Below are positions 1 through 10,588 of a stretch of 61,401 nucleotides of DNA, piece by piece (the stretch's first letter is position 1; each line of letters begins with the position of its first letter). A model generated the notes under the pieces. It made no database searches. It was not told where the DNA came from and saw only the letters and a list, made by a program, of their open reading frames with translations. The translations under genes and the position numbers were made by a program. Source of the stretch: a virus (Duplodnaviria; Caudoviricetes); IMG/VR virus record IMGVR_UViG_3300030047_000019, positions 1 through 61,401 of that record; one strand, given 5' to 3'.

Positions 1-217
1 GCCCTACCGAAAGACGCAGAAAAGGGGGCAGATTCGAAGGAAATATGAGGGGCTGGGTGGTGCATACCAGTACGCTTGGTGGTGTGTGCTAATACGCACT
101 GTGGTGTATGTCAGAATCAGTCCTATACTTGGGCATACAAGCATAAGCAGTCCTATACGGATCGCCTTAGCATGATGAAAGTATGATGGGGTAGGGTAGG
201 GAACTGAACTGAAGCAA

Positions 218-1936
218 TTATAGTCTTGGGCTTACGAATGTAGAGTTGCCTGATTGATATAGGATGTCACCATACTTAGTCCACATGCGTTTATCGACAG
301 CATCGCCAAAGTGGGTGGCTTCTTCAGGCAGAATTTTATCCTTACGCTCGGATGATTTGTCCTTATCAAATTTGCCATCCCGTTCAATGACTCTGGTATT
401 GTTCATTGATATGATGGTGTACTTACAATTGCGACCATTGATGATCCACTTGGGATATCGGGGATCATTCCCTTTTAGGATGTTTGCCCACATCAGATAC
501 TTATCATGTTGTGGTGGCTCCATGCCTCGGTGTACACGTGCTGTCACTCTCCATCCGCGTTTCATTAGACGCTCAATGGCTTGCTCGTTGTATGGCTTTG
601 AATTTTTCACATTGGGCTGGCGATGATCGCCGTATCTATCCCTGAAGTAAAACAGATCCCTGCATGGATGTTCCTTGTAGTAATCACAAAACATATCAAC
701 CAGATCATCAACGGGTACGCTCTTGGCATCCTGTGGCTTGATGTGAAATTCATTGATCGTACAATCAACCGGCTCTACCATCTTGGTTGCAAAATTGTAG
801 TTTCGTTCCTGCCCAATACTAAACAGGTTGATCTTTGCTCCCCAGTCGGGAACTATCTCCAACGGACGATTAGGATCACAATCCAGATCGAAACGACAAT
901 CAGGCGTGGAAAGCTGATCAGCATCCCAGTTACTGTTTTCAGCAACTCCCCTGATAAAATCATCATTGTAAGCATCGTAATAGATATGCTTTTGCGAATC
1001 GAGCGGGTAATAACAGTCCTCTACTTTATCGATGATCCAATTCAGGATCTCGATCATGAAAGTAAGCAGTGTTTGCTTTTTATACTCCCTGGTAATATAC
1101 GACATGCCAAGATTCTGCACATTATCGAATGCATTGGCCAGGGTGAAGAGCAATCCATCTTTCGAAACAAAAGGAGCAATCTGTTTTTTCATCCTGACTG
1201 TTTCGTTCCAGATGTCTTTAAAAAGTCTTTTATCTCCTGAAATTGCAGCATCAATCACCTGCAGTTGCAGTTTTACGATTCTATTCCAGATATCGAATAT
1301 TTGGATTCCGGCTTCTTCCTTATAATAATCACCATATCGGAGCAACCACATCTGATCCCGGGTATAAGGCATCGAAGAAACATACCTGAAACCATGATGT
1401 TGTTTAATGCGTTTAGGAGCTTTGAATCCAAAGTATTCCTCATTTCCACGATTGGCTGGAGAAACTTCTTCGTCGTAGCGTTCTTTATTCAGGGTAAGCG
1501 CTTCGTCCACAATCTCACGGTCAAGATTGGGCCCGCGGCTGGATCCGGCTCGCTCCTGGGATAACATCATGAAGCCGGTACCGTTGGCGAAGGATATAAA
1601 ATTATCGAATCCTTGCTTGGTAATTTTTTCATAAGGCTCGGCAAAACCCAGCTTTTTATCTGGCCGGCCACCTATCTTGAAATCTTTATCTTTCTCATAT
1701 CCTAACTTTTCAAGAAATTTCAGGGTGGATGGTAATGTACGGGTATAAATCTGGCCGTATGTTCTGCCGGTAATGGAAGTAATCGATCTGGGCATTTTTC
1801 GCACGATCTGGTTGATCTCCCATCCAATTTTGTACGATTTACCCGTTCCACGGCCTTCAATGTCTACCTCGTTTTTGGCATCATTAATTACCGACAGCTG
1901 CTGCGGACCATTCAGTTCAATTAGTTCGGTTATCAT
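218..1936 (-). CDS. terL: Terminase large subunit
   Basis: Walker A-like GRGTGKS, Walker B-like EIVDEA, C-terminal nuclease-type D residues (DWG...HFGDAVD); 572 aa. Confidence 0.85.
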   Translation of the reverse strand: MITELIELNGPQQLSVINDAKNEVDIEGRGTGKSYKIGWEINQIVRKMPRSITSITGRTYGQIYTRTLPSTLKFLEKLGYEKDKDFKIGGRPDKKLGFAEPYEKITKQGFDNFISFANGTGFMMLSQERAGSSRGPNLDREIVDEALTLNKERYDEEVSPANRGNEEYFGFKAPKRIKQHHGFRYVSSMPYTRDQMWLLRYGDYYKEEAGIQIFDIWNRIVKLQLQVIDAAISGDKRLFKDIWNETVRMKKQIAPFVSKDGLLFTLANAFDNVQNLGMSYITREYKKQTLLTFMIEILNWIIDKVEDCYYPLDSQKHIYYDAYNDDFIRGVAENSNWDADQLSTPDCRFDLDCDPNRPLEIVPDWGAKINLFSIGQERNYNFATKMVEPVDCTINEFHIKPQDAKSVPVDDLVDMFCDYYKEHPCRDLFYFRDRYGDHRQPNVKNSKPYNEQAIERLMKRGWRVTARVHRGMEPPQHDKYLMWANILKGNDPRYPKWIINGRNCKYTIISMNNTRVIERDGKFDKDKSSERKDKILPEEATHFGDAVDKRMWTKYGDILYQSGNSTFVSPRL

Positions 1937-2526
1937 GTGCCCATTATTTCTTCGGCATCGGCTTCGGTAATTTCATTACCTCCATAAATGGCCCTGTTTA
2001 ATTCACGAAGTGCAGCTTCGGGAATATCTTTCAAATTATTCAGATTAACTTTTACCGACCTGTTATCATTCTGTATCAGGATATAGAACTGGTGTTTTTC
2101 ATTGCGTTCCGGATCCGGCGGATCTGTTGGTTTTTCACCAATGAGTTTTATTAGGTTGGCATGTTCCATGGCAATCACCCGACGGTCCTTTTCTGATTCG
2201 GCATTGCGACATTTTTGAATATTTTTCACAATATCATTCAAAACCCAGGTATGCCAGAAGTCAAAATCAAACGTATGTAGCGAGTTAAATATCCTCACAG
2301 CAAAGCGAAGATCTTCATAAGCCTGAACCCTGGTTATGTGGGGATATTTCTGGTGATGGATAGCAACCGCCTGGCGTTGCAAAGGATTTTTATCCAGTAT
2401 CTTGGCAGCCGACACAATACGGTCAAGCATTTCCTGGTGATCTTCCGGAAGCGGCGAATTATCCGGATCCAGCACATGCGCCTTGATCAGTTCAAATTTG
2501 GTATCTTCCAATGCTCTTCGACTCAT
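1933..2526 (-). CDS. Putative terminase small subunit
   Basis: 197-aa helical protein overlapping the terL start by 4 nt; positional inference. Confidence 0.5.
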   Translation of the reverse strand: MSRRALEDTKFELIKAHVLDPDNSPLPEDHQEMLDRIVSAAKILDKNPLQRQAVAIHHQKYPHITRVQAYEDLRFAVRIFNSLHTFDFDFWHTWVLNDIVKNIQKCRNAESEKDRRVIAMEHANLIKLIGEKPTDPPDPERNEKHQFYILIQNDNRSVKVNLNNLKDIPEAALRELNRAIYGGNEITEADAEEIMGT

Positions 2527-2705
2527 AAGTTTTTAATTTTGTTGAAAGTATAATTTATCAATCGAACAAACTGAACAGCCAAAAATGACGTAATCAAATT
2601 TTCTATAATGAGCATATATAAATTCTCATCACCTTTGATCAGATGTTCCAGTATTGAAATTGCATATATGATTAACCAATACATCAAAAATTTCTTTTTG
2701 CTCAT
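2523..2705 (-). CDS. Small membrane protein
   Basis: 60 aa, two hydrophobic segments, coupled to neighbours by 4-nt overlaps. Confidence 0.5.
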   Translation of the reverse strand: MSKKKFLMYWLIIYAISILEHLIKGDENLYMLIIENLITSFLAVQFVRLINYTFNKIKNL

Positions 2706-3019
2706 ACTCTTGCCTCCTTTTGAAAATTCAGCATCATTTGCTGGCTCGGACTGGATCCATTCATAGCCGATTGCTTTATGGCTGTTCTTAGACTAACTTC
2801 AGCTTCCAGCCAACCTTTATAATATGCAGCTGTACGAAAATGAAAGGTGTTCCTGGCTTCAATCTGGGCAAGAAACTCTTCTGTTTCATCTTCTGTTAAT
2901 TCAATATTGACTGCGATCAATTCAGGAGAAAAAAACAGTCCTGCCATTTCCTCAATCATCTTGAGTCTTTCAATTTCTTCGCTAGGTAGTGCCTCGTACA
3001 AATTCATTTTCAAGTACAT
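2702..3019 (-). CDS. Hypothetical phage protein (possible HTH)
   Basis: Coupled ORF in the packaging operon. Confidence 0.55.
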   Translation of the reverse strand: MYLKMNLYEALPSEEIERLKMIEEMAGLFFSPELIAVNIELTEDETEEFLAQIEARNTFHFRTAAYYKGWLEAEVSLRTAIKQSAMNGSSPSQQMMLNFQKEARV

Positions 3020-3590
3020 TTAAATCAAATTCAAAAACTTCCGGATCAGTAAAAATTGTTCCCCGCTCCAGTTTGGGATTATCGGTTGCATTTTGGCTGG
3101 TAGTGATACAAATCTTCCAGTTTTCGTTCCAAATCAGTGCAACTTTGGCATGAACCGACGTACATCTGTAATCAAAACTCTGGATGAGCATCTGGAAGGG
3201 TTTCGGGCTCATGCTCCGTACCCGGTTATCGATGATCACCCTGAACGATAACAATTCTTTTTGCTCAATCCGGTTCTGCAGCTGCTCAATGCTTTTTTGG
3301 CTGAACGAATAGGAAGTCATAAAGCAATGCGCCGGACCGGTCTGTTTCAGAATATAAACGATCAGCCTCACCAGGTTAAAGTTTCCCCAGCTGTAAAAAT
3401 GGGTGGTTTTACCGTTTTGAAGCTCACCGATGGCTTTACTCAGGTTCTGTCCATCATCCGCTACAAAAACCGAAGCTCCTTCCATACAAACTAACCCAAC
3501 CGGATCCGGTTTTAACTTCTTGGGTGGACAGGGTGGTGGATTTTCAAACCTCGGCAGACCAGGACCTGATTTAAATAGATTAGTGAGCAT
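2982..3590 (-). CDS. Phospholipase D-like (HKD) nuclease-domain protein
   Basis: VHAKVALI...TSQNAT motif typical of the PLD superfamily; start at MLTNLF chosen. Confidence 0.7.
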   Translation of the reverse strand: MLTNLFKSGPGLPRFENPPPCPPKKLKPDPVGLVCMEGASVFVADDGQNLSKAIGELQNGKTTHFYSWGNFNLVRLIVYILKQTGPAHCFMTSYSFSQKSIEQLQNRIEQKELLSFRVIIDNRVRSMSPKPFQMLIQSFDYRCTSVHAKVALIWNENWKICITTSQNATDNPKLERGTIFTDPEVFEFDLNVLENEFVRGTT

Positions 3591-3759
3591 GGAAGAAGCA
3601 ATCAAAGAATCCACCACAGTACAAAACGAAAAGTGATAATGCTAAACCTATAATGCAATTCATTGCATCAAAATACCTGTTTGTCGGTTCACCATCTCTA
3701 ACAATGTTCACAATCAACCTTATCAGATAAATTACCAGTAGTGTAATTTGCGGCCACAT
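3580..3759 (-). CDS. Small membrane protein (not in ORF track)
   Basis: Hand translation MWPQITLLVIYLIRL...LFVLYCGGFFDCFFHAH, 59 aa; fills the operon gap. Confidence 0.5.
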   Translation of the reverse strand: MWPQITLLVIYLIRLIVNIVRDGEPTNRYFDAMNCIIGLALSLFVLYCGGFFDCFFHAH

Positions 3760-3762
3760 AGC

Positions 3763-4557
3763 TTAAATTTTTAAAAGTTTATAATCAATTTCTTCAATCA
3801 GTTTCAACCTGGCTTTAATCCGGTTTTCAAGTTTCATCCGTTTAGGTCCGTTGGGCATCGGCTTCTTAACCGTACCCTGTTTTTCGCTCTGGTAATCCAG
3901 CAGACTCTGGTCCTTCGTATTGGCCGACTGTTGATTCTTCTTCATCTTTCGAAGCTGCTCTCCATCGTCGGGTAATTCGGTGACTACCTTTTCTTTAGGT
4001 TTTGGCCAAATTTCTTCTTCTTCCGGTACATGGCCCGACTTTTTATATTCCTCCTGAACTTCATAAAGAATTCCAAGCCGTTCACTTAATGCTTTAACCA
4101 TATCAAAAAGCTGAACCCGTTTACTTTTCAGCGCCTGGCTGTTACCTTCCGGCATTTCGCTCATGATGCGATGCAGCTTGCTCCGCTCCTGGAACGATTC
4201 ACCATATTCAGCAATCACCCTTCTCATCACCGACGGATATTCCGTTGGATCACTTGTCTGTAGTAATTCCGGCAATTCTTCATCCCAAACTTGTTTCGGG
4301 ATCCCATACTTAAGCTCCTTAATCTCTTTAATCTCCTTTTTTCTGCTCATTTCAATCAGAAATTCTCCGTAATCAAGTCCAACCGATTTACACATTTCAA
4401 CCACTATTTTAGTGGCATATCTATTTTGATGATTTGGAAAATCACGCTTCAGCATCATATTCTTGCCATATTTCCGATAAAGTTCTACGCCCTGGGTATA
4501 ATCGCAGCCTTCAGCAATCCAGTTCAATACTTCCTGTTTAATTTCCATTGATATCAT
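3763..4557 (-). CDS. Conserved hypothetical phage protein
   Basis: 264-aa charged helical protein; N-terminus resembles the C-terminus of the upstream glycosyltransferase. Confidence 0.6.
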   Translation of the reverse strand: MISMEIKQEVLNWIAEGCDYTQGVELYRKYGKNMMLKRDFPNHQNRYATKIVVEMCKSVGLDYGEFLIEMSRKKEIKEIKELKYGIPKQVWDEELPELLQTSDPTEYPSVMRRVIAEYGESFQERSKLHRIMSEMPEGNSQALKSKRVQLFDMVKALSERLGILYEVQEEYKKSGHVPEEEEIWPKPKEKVVTELPDDGEQLRKMKKNQQSANTKDQSLLDYQSEKQGTVKKPMPNGPKRMKLENRIKARLKLIEEIDYKLLKI

Positions 4558-6151
4558 CTACATTCCTTTCTAATTTATATTCCAGTTTTTTGCGTAAGCT
4601 GGGAGTTTCTCCCGACTCAAACATTTTCAGAAGATTTACTCCATGAAGGTATTTTTTGAATATTCTTATGCCTTCATTGAAATCACGATCACTTTCCAGC
4701 CATCTGCAGATATCAATCAGATTGACACTAATATCATTCGTTTCAAATTGTGATTTATCAGGGAACATCTTCCATAACCAATACATCAGTGGCCTATTCA
4801 AGCCCATATCATTGAATGACATAAACTGACAACTTGCTAATCGTTCATTCAACTCCTGAAGCGTATAGTTTTTAAAAATGGTTTTCTTCTGATCAGTCAA
4901 CAGGATGCCACTTTCAGCATATACTGAATTCCCATACAGGCTTTTCATGGTCAGGCCAATTCCTTCGGCATAATCGAAGCCGGACATGATTTCGATAAAT
5001 CGGGTTTTATTGAATAGGATAGGAGTATGGCAGTCGTAATGAAATGCCGGAAGTCCTTTGATAAAAAGGGTTTCCATCGTTCGTAGCAGACGTTTGCGCC
5101 AATAGTTAAGTTCCCAGTACATGGGTCTGAAATCGAGCATATTTCCCTTATGAAATGCCGGTATTTCGCCAACCTCCATAGGCTGCAATACCAGGTGATC
5201 ATCATTGATGAAGAGAAAATCATCGGCCAGACGTTCATCGGCACAGGCGGCCAATACTTTGTGGATTATATTTCCATCTGCATTCACAGCCGGATCAAAT
5301 ATATCTTCAGCCTCGAGGTGAATTACATTCTGTAAAAATTCGGGGTTTGCTCCAACTACAAATACTTGGCGAAATCCCTTCAGGTTTTTTTCCAGACTCC
5401 TTAAGCTGAAGCGGATCTCGTTGTCATTCCACTTCGATCCGGTACCAAGCACATATACCACATCAATATCTCCGGTTCTTTCAACCGTTTGGGCTGGACT
5501 GACGTTTACTTTATGGTTTGATTTTTCAGTCTTGCCATGGTTTCCGGGCGTATCAGTATGAACCAGTGCAAGATCAATCCATTCTGTTTTTTTTACAAAT
5601 TCCACCAGCTTGCTGATAAAATGAAAATCTGCATTGTAAAGGGGCAGCGTTTTGCTCGTGTTTTTAAACCGGGCATGAAACACGCACGATGCCCAGTCAA
5701 TTCCGCCGTTTTTAATTCTTTTGGACTGAAATTGCTGATCATTCGGGAATAGCCGTCCGTCAGGATAACGATATCTGATAATGTAAATGCAATATTCCTG
5801 GGTGATGCGCAATAATAACTTTTCTACCCCTTTGGGATCTGCCAGATAATTATCATCATCCAGCACCAGTATATATCCATCGGTAATGGGTTCAAATAAT
5901 TTTGAAATGTATTCATCTGCCGGAAAATCGTTATGCGATTTTCGTTCACGGCTCTCACACTTGATTATTTTGGTAGGATGGTAGGTTTCGGCATATTCCA
6001 TGCTTCCCGGAGTATCCACACCAACAATGATATCAATGTTTTTATGCGTTTGCATCCTGACCGATTCAATGCAGCGTTTAAAAGCTGCAGGTCGGTCATG
6101 CGTTCGGATCACCACAGTAAGCTTATCTGATGAAATGTGTTTTTCAATCAT
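4538..6151 (-). CDS. GT2 glycosyltransferase fused to a Stealth-like (hexose-phosphotransferase) domain
   Basis: N-terminal VVIRTHDR...LDDD GT-A motifs; IDVVYV, EIRFSLRSLEKN and FLFINDD match Stealth conserved regions. Confidence 0.7.
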   Translation of the reverse strand: MIEKHISSDKLTVVIRTHDRPAAFKRCIESVRMQTHKNIDIIVGVDTPGSMEYAETYHPTKIIKCESRERKSHNDFPADEYISKLFEPITDGYILVLDDDNYLADPKGVEKLLLRITQEYCIYIIRYRYPDGRLFPNDQQFQSKRIKNGGIDWASCVFHARFKNTSKTLPLYNADFHFISKLVEFVKKTEWIDLALVHTDTPGNHGKTEKSNHKVNVSPAQTVERTGDIDVVYVLGTGSKWNDNEIRFSLRSLEKNLKGFRQVFVVGANPEFLQNVIHLEAEDIFDPAVNADGNIIHKVLAACADERLADDFLFINDDHLVLQPMEVGEIPAFHKGNMLDFRPMYWELNYWRKRLLRTMETLFIKGLPAFHYDCHTPILFNKTRFIEIMSGFDYAEGIGLTMKSLYGNSVYAESGILLTDQKKTIFKNYTLQELNERLASCQFMSFNDMGLNRPLMYWLWKMFPDKSQFETNDISVNLIDICRWLESDRDFNEGIRIFKKYLHGVNLLKMFESGETPSLRKKLEYKLERNVDDINGN

Positions 6152-6702
6152 GGTTTTAAATGTTTGTCGTTGTCGAATCCTTCGGCCAGCCTCAGGTAAT
6201 GTAAAATATACAACTCCCTGATCAGCCTTATTTTCAGTCCTGATGCCAGTATAGCCTTACTTATTTTGGTATCTACCCCTAAAATATGCTTCGAAGCTGC
6301 AGTGCGGATAACTTCACTCCTGATCCTAGTCCAGGTATTTTTTCGGATCACCATCAGGTGTCCTGCAATCTTCCGGTCAAGGATTTCTGTTTGGTTATAT
6401 TCTAACGAGGATAGCAAATCAGCCATAGTTTTATGGTACCGAATCGAATCATTCTCCATATCCGCTCCGGTTGGCACCTGGCAGGCGTAATGACATCGGC
6501 TGGCATAACAGGTAAATAATCCGGTTTCGGGAAATAATTCGGTATATCGCTTAATCACCTCTCCAAAATTTGGCTTTAAAAATGCTGTATCGCCGTCCAT
6601 GATCACCACCCAGTCGTTGGGATTAGTGACTAATTTGAAATACAGGTCAATGGCTGCCAAAAATTTCTTGTCATGAGCGTATGGAGTGAAAAACCAGATC
6701 AT
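6148..6702 (-). CDS. GT-A fold glycosyltransferase-like protein
   Basis: WVVIMDGD DxD motif, GVD and LHY motifs. Confidence 0.6.
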   Translation of the reverse strand: MIWFFTPYAHDKKFLAAIDLYFKLVTNPNDWVVIMDGDTAFLKPNFGEVIKRYTELFPETGLFTCYASRCHYACQVPTGADMENDSIRYHKTMADLLSSLEYNQTEILDRKIAGHLMVIRKNTWTRIRSEVIRTAASKHILGVDTKISKAILASGLKIRLIRELYILHYLRLAEGFDNDKHLKP

Positions 6703-6956
6703 GCAGCCTTTTTATTATATCGACGTGCTTCTCGTTGATAACCTTTAAACTTCCTGCGTTTAGTGGTTTCTGCTAAAAACTGGTTCGAAACTATGTTTCT
6801 GGTGCCAAAAGAGAAATAATTATTTACAAACTTCCATTTTCCATCCGGACGTTTCTTTGGACCTCGTAGGTAAGCAGGTAAATGAGCATTCGAATTTCTT
6901 CTGAAAATTTTTGGAACAATCAATTGATCTTTCTTTTCACTTCTGGTCTTTTCCAT
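6699..6956 (-). CDS. Small basic hypothetical protein
   Basis: First ORF after the putative late promoter at 6985-7020. Confidence 0.5.
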   Translation of the reverse strand: MEKTRSEKKDQLIVPKIFRRNSNAHLPAYLRGPKKRPDGKWKFVNNYFSFGTRNIVSNQFLAETTKRRKFKGYQREARRYNKKAA

Positions 6957-6984
6957 AATTAGTTTATTGGTTTTAATTATGAAT

Positions 6985-7020
6985 CAAAAATAAAGAGCAG
7001 AAAAACCCGCAGAAAGGACA
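6985..7020 (-). promoter_or_regulatory. Putative late promoter, copy 1
   Basis: TGTCCTTT-N20-TATTTTTG. Confidence 0.7.
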
Positions 7021-7209
7021 AAATCAATCCTCATTATAGTCCTTAATCACCTTAACCTCCTTAAAGTCCTTTTTTCTTTCCTAAAAACAAAAAGCCCCGA
7101 TCATCCGGGGCTCCTCATTAAAACATACTTCTCCGATTTGGAAGTGAAACCCTCTGTTTCAACCATTTCGATATGTTTAATCCTTAAAAAGCAAAAAAGC
7201 CCCGATCTC

Positions 7210-7551
7210 TCAGAGCTTTTTCTTATTACTTTTCTTTTTTGAAGTTACAATAGGTTCCGAAACCTTCATTTCTTCAGGATTATCTTCTGCAGGTGGCAGC
7301 GGTTCAAATACCGGGTCCTCTCCCTTAAACTCCTCCGTCATTGCGAGCGGAGCGAAGCAATCCTCCCCTTCTTCCCCATAAAGCTCCCTTTTCCCTGCCT
7401 CCGTGATCTCCAGGTATGGAAAATCAGCTTCAAACAGTTCCTTGCAGATTTCAACCGGGATGTTAGGTCGGCTAAAGTCAAGTTCGCCATGGGAAGGAGT
7501 GATTATCCTTCCAGGGCGAACTTTAACTACTTTAAAATATTTGGTCCACAT
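7210..7551 (-). CDS. Hypothetical protein with in-frame palindromic repeat (DCFAPLAMT)
   Basis: Follows the tail-tube-like gene; repeat at 7336-7362. Confidence 0.6.
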   Translation of the reverse strand: MWTKYFKVVKVRPGRIITPSHGELDFSRPNIPVEICKELFEADFPYLEITEAGKRELYGEEGEDCFAPLAMTEEFKGEDPVFEPLPPAEDNPEEMKVSEPIVTSKKKSNKKKL

Positions 7552-7556
7552 GGCGC

Positions 7557-8117
7557 TTAAATGCTGCCGCTTGTGGCTTCAGTCAGAGGCACACTTCCCG
7601 TATACACGTATGCGTTCGGTGTTTTATAGACAAACTCGGCGCTCATTCCCTTACGGTCGGCAGTTGCCTTGCCGGTTCCGCTGGCGTCAGGAGCTCCCAC
7701 GTACACAGCGGCACGCATCGGGTCGCCCATCAGGTAACGTTGACCTTCAGCATCCTGAACGATAAACACAAGGTTGTCGTTCTTGGCTGCATTGATGAAT
7801 CCGAGGATCTTCTTCTGCAGTCCTGGTTGAAAGATGGTCAGGTGTTCTACAAACGATTTACCGTCAATTTCACCAACCGATTCAATTTTGAATTCGCCGG
7901 TGTCGTCGGTAATATACATTTCGAACAGGCGTTTGCCGGCTTTCATCACCAGGTCACCCGTTAAGCTTGCATTGGCTTCCAGTGTTAGTGGGTTGGTAGG
8001 CTTGGTTGGCCAGATGGCCACATCAGCATGAAACCCGAAATACACCTTTTGCCCGATACCCCCCATGTTTTCACCATTGGGCAGGTTCTTATTGATATCT
8101 GTAAATTCAATTGACAT
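7557..8117 (-). CDS. Putative major tail/structural protein
   Basis: 186-aa beta-rich protein directly after the capsid gene. Confidence 0.55.
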   Translation of the reverse strand: MSIEFTDINKNLPNGENMGGIGQKVYFGFHADVAIWPTKPTNPLTLEANASLTGDLVMKAGKRLFEMYITDDTGEFKIESVGEIDGKSFVEHLTIFQPGLQKKILGFINAAKNDNLVFIVQDAEGQRYLMGDPMRAAVYVGAPDASGTGKATADRKGMSAEFVYKTPNAYVYTGSVPLTEATSGSI

Positions 8118-8185
8118 GATATTTCCTTTTTATGGAGATGATAAATGAGCTCTCCTGAAAGCGAACAATCAGGAGAGCCAGTATC

Positions 8186-9151
8186 TTAGATCGAACCCGA
8201 TCCGCTTGGTAAGATGTTGGTCCAAACAGCCTGGTTGATTCCAAAACCCAATCCCTCGCTCCAGTCAGCCATAACAGCTACCGAACGTTTAACTTCTTCA
8301 AGTTTGAAATTGTTCTTGGTTAAAGTGGCAGGAGTTACCCAGATGAAGTTTGCCTGTGGTGTAACGAAAATATCGTTTGTACCAACCATCGACGACATTG
8401 GTTTCACATTCAATGGGGTGAAATCAATTCCACCGTCGATCTGTGCGTCAGAAGTTTTGAAATAAAATCCCTGTGCACGTTTATCCTGCATGTACTTTTT
8501 GTACCAGGCGCGGCTCATAAACACATTCATCTGAATGCCTTGATAAACTTCAGTGATTTTATCAGTGAAGGCTTCAACCTGATCAAAGATGGTGTCTTTG
8601 TGCAATTCACCAATATTAATCGAATTGATGGTACCGGCATTTACTCCGTTACGCAATTGCTTTTGCAATCCGTCCATTCCCGTTCCGTCCAATCCGGCAA
8701 CACCGGCTGCAGGAGCTGAATAAACGCCCTTGTAGTACTCGTTAAGTTCCATGTCCTGATCGATCTGACCGTTGTAATACACTTCGATCAGCCACTGTAC
8801 GAATGGCCAGGTCTTGCGATCGACATTCTTTGCAGTGAGGAATCCCAGCCAACTGGCATACAATTCATCAGGCATAAATTCGTCGTCAATCTTGAAACGA
8901 TACTGACGGATTTCGTTTGGAACGATTTCAACGCCACCTTTTTGAGTGAAAGTCTTCTGGAAAGGTTGAACCAGAGAACGGAAGGTAGCATTTGCCAAAC
9001 GGAAAATGGTATCATCCGATTTAAACGGAGTGGCATACCCTGTGATTTCACGAGGGGTGGTGAGCATCTTCAGAATCCGTTGTTTATTCTGACCGGCGTC
9101 GATGTAATACGCCCCATACTCCCGAATAACATCTGTGGTTGTAATTGACAT
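8186..9151 (-). CDS. Major capsid protein (putative)
   Basis: 321 aa, immediately downstream of the S49 protease/scaffold. Confidence 0.7.
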   Translation of the reverse strand: MSITTTDVIREYGAYYIDAGQNKQRILKMLTTPREITGYATPFKSDDTIFRLANATFRSLVQPFQKTFTQKGGVEIVPNEIRQYRFKIDDEFMPDELYASWLGFLTAKNVDRKTWPFVQWLIEVYYNGQIDQDMELNEYYKGVYSAPAAGVAGLDGTGMDGLQKQLRNGVNAGTINSINIGELHKDTIFDQVEAFTDKITEVYQGIQMNVFMSRAWYKKYMQDKRAQGFYFKTSDAQIDGGIDFTPLNVKPMSSMVGTNDIFVTPQANFIWVTPATLTKNNFKLEEVKRSVAVMADWSEGLGFGINQAVWTNILPSGSGSI

Positions 9152-9163
9152 GATTATAAAGAT

Positions 9164-10570
9164 TTAAATGTTAGCATCAACTTGTTTGTTGTGTGGAAGT
9201 GAATTGATCATATCCCAGTCAGCTCCATCCAAAACAGGATCTTCTTCTCCTAAATTTTGTGCAGGGGCAACTCCTGGTTTGGCAGCAAGCAGTGTGCGGA
9301 TGGCCTGAACTTTTTCTTCAGGAGTAGCAGCGATGGCAATGGTAGGGTCAATGGCATTGAACGGATCAATAACACCGGCAAGTTCTGTGCGGGCAGTGTC
9401 GCGTTCGGCGGTGATTTCGGTAACTGTTTGGGTAGCGGCGGCCACCTGTGCAGTTAATCCTTCAACGACCGAAGCATGTTCTTGTGTTAAAGTGTCAATT
9501 TGAGCGATTTGGCTGTCAATCGATTCGAGTTGTTCCTCATTGAGGAAAACTCCTTCTTCGGTCGATTCCAATACTTCCAGATTCAACACCTTATTCACGT
9601 TAAGAAATGTTTTCTTCATTTGTTGTGAATTATTTAAAGGTGAATTTTCATTCTCAGGATCCAAAGCCGGTTTAGGCTTAAAATTGGCAAGGGTCAGCAA
9701 ACGATCAACGGCGCAATTAAAATCGCCTACCGAGTCAACCAGGGTTCCAATCACATCCGAAGCAAAATAAGTCCTGCCTTTCAGCTGGTCAGCGGATACC
9801 GTTGGCCGGTTGTCTTTAACGTCAGACTTGAATTTTTCATTGATCGGATTTAGGATTCGATTCTTAACCGGTGCAAAATCAAAATCATTGATGGCCCGGT
9901 CATATTCTTCATTCTTCTCGTCCGATCCGTCGGCATAAATGGTTACCTGGACGTCTCCATCGTCATTCGCTTCCGATTTCGACTTACGGCCTTCATAAAC
10001 GACCATGGTACCAATGCATCCTACCATATCCGTTTCACGGCTGGCAATGATCTCTTTGGTATAGCTGGCAATATAATAGGCTGCTGAGCAGCAGCAACCA
10101 TCAATCCAGGTAAGTACAGGCTTTTGACATTTCAATATGGCTTCCGACAGTTCAGCAACGGCAGAGCTTTGACCGCCTCCCGATTCTATGACAAAGATGT
10201 GACCAACAACATTTGGCTCTTCATCGGCTTCAAGCAATCGGCTGGCTTGGGTTCGGGTTCCGCGTGGTCCGCAATCCTGGTCATGCTTGGTCAGGATCGA
10301 ACGCAGGGAAATGACATTGATTACTGAAAGTGCTGTCTCTTCCGGCTCTTCAGCCTCTACCAATTCTGGTTGATCATCGGCATAATAGCCTTGAATAATC
10401 CGCTTGGTAGCAGCTTCAACTGCGAACCTGCGGTAATTTTCAGGCTCTGGTGCCTTCTCTATGTTTAATCCCGTCGACAATCCTTTTAATACAGGCAACC
10501 AGGTATTACGGGTCACTGAGTCGACCTGCCAAGGGCTGCTAATAATATCTTTTAAAAACAAAAAGTTCAT
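9164..10570 (-). CDS. S49/ClpP-like prohead protease with C-terminal scaffold-like coiled coil
   Basis: ESGGG, CSAAYYIAS and VGCIGT motifs of S49 peptidases. Confidence 0.85.
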   Translation of the reverse strand: MNFLFLKDIISSPWQVDSVTRNTWLPVLKGLSTGLNIEKAPEPENYRRFAVEAATKRIIQGYYADDQPELVEAEEPEETALSVINVISLRSILTKHDQDCGPRGTRTQASRLLEADEEPNVVGHIFVIESGGGQSSAVAELSEAILKCQKPVLTWIDGCCCSAAYYIASYTKEIIASRETDMVGCIGTMVVYEGRKSKSEANDDGDVQVTIYADGSDEKNEEYDRAINDFDFAPVKNRILNPINEKFKSDVKDNRPTVSADQLKGRTYFASDVIGTLVDSVGDFNCAVDRLLTLANFKPKPALDPENENSPLNNSQQMKKTFLNVNKVLNLEVLESTEEGVFLNEEQLESIDSQIAQIDTLTQEHASVVEGLTAQVAAATQTVTEITAERDTARTELAGVIDPFNAIDPTIAIAATPEEKVQAIRTLLAAKPGVAPAQNLGEEDPVLDGADWDMINSLPHNKQVDANI

Positions 10571-10588
10571 AACTTGCTGTATTTTCAG

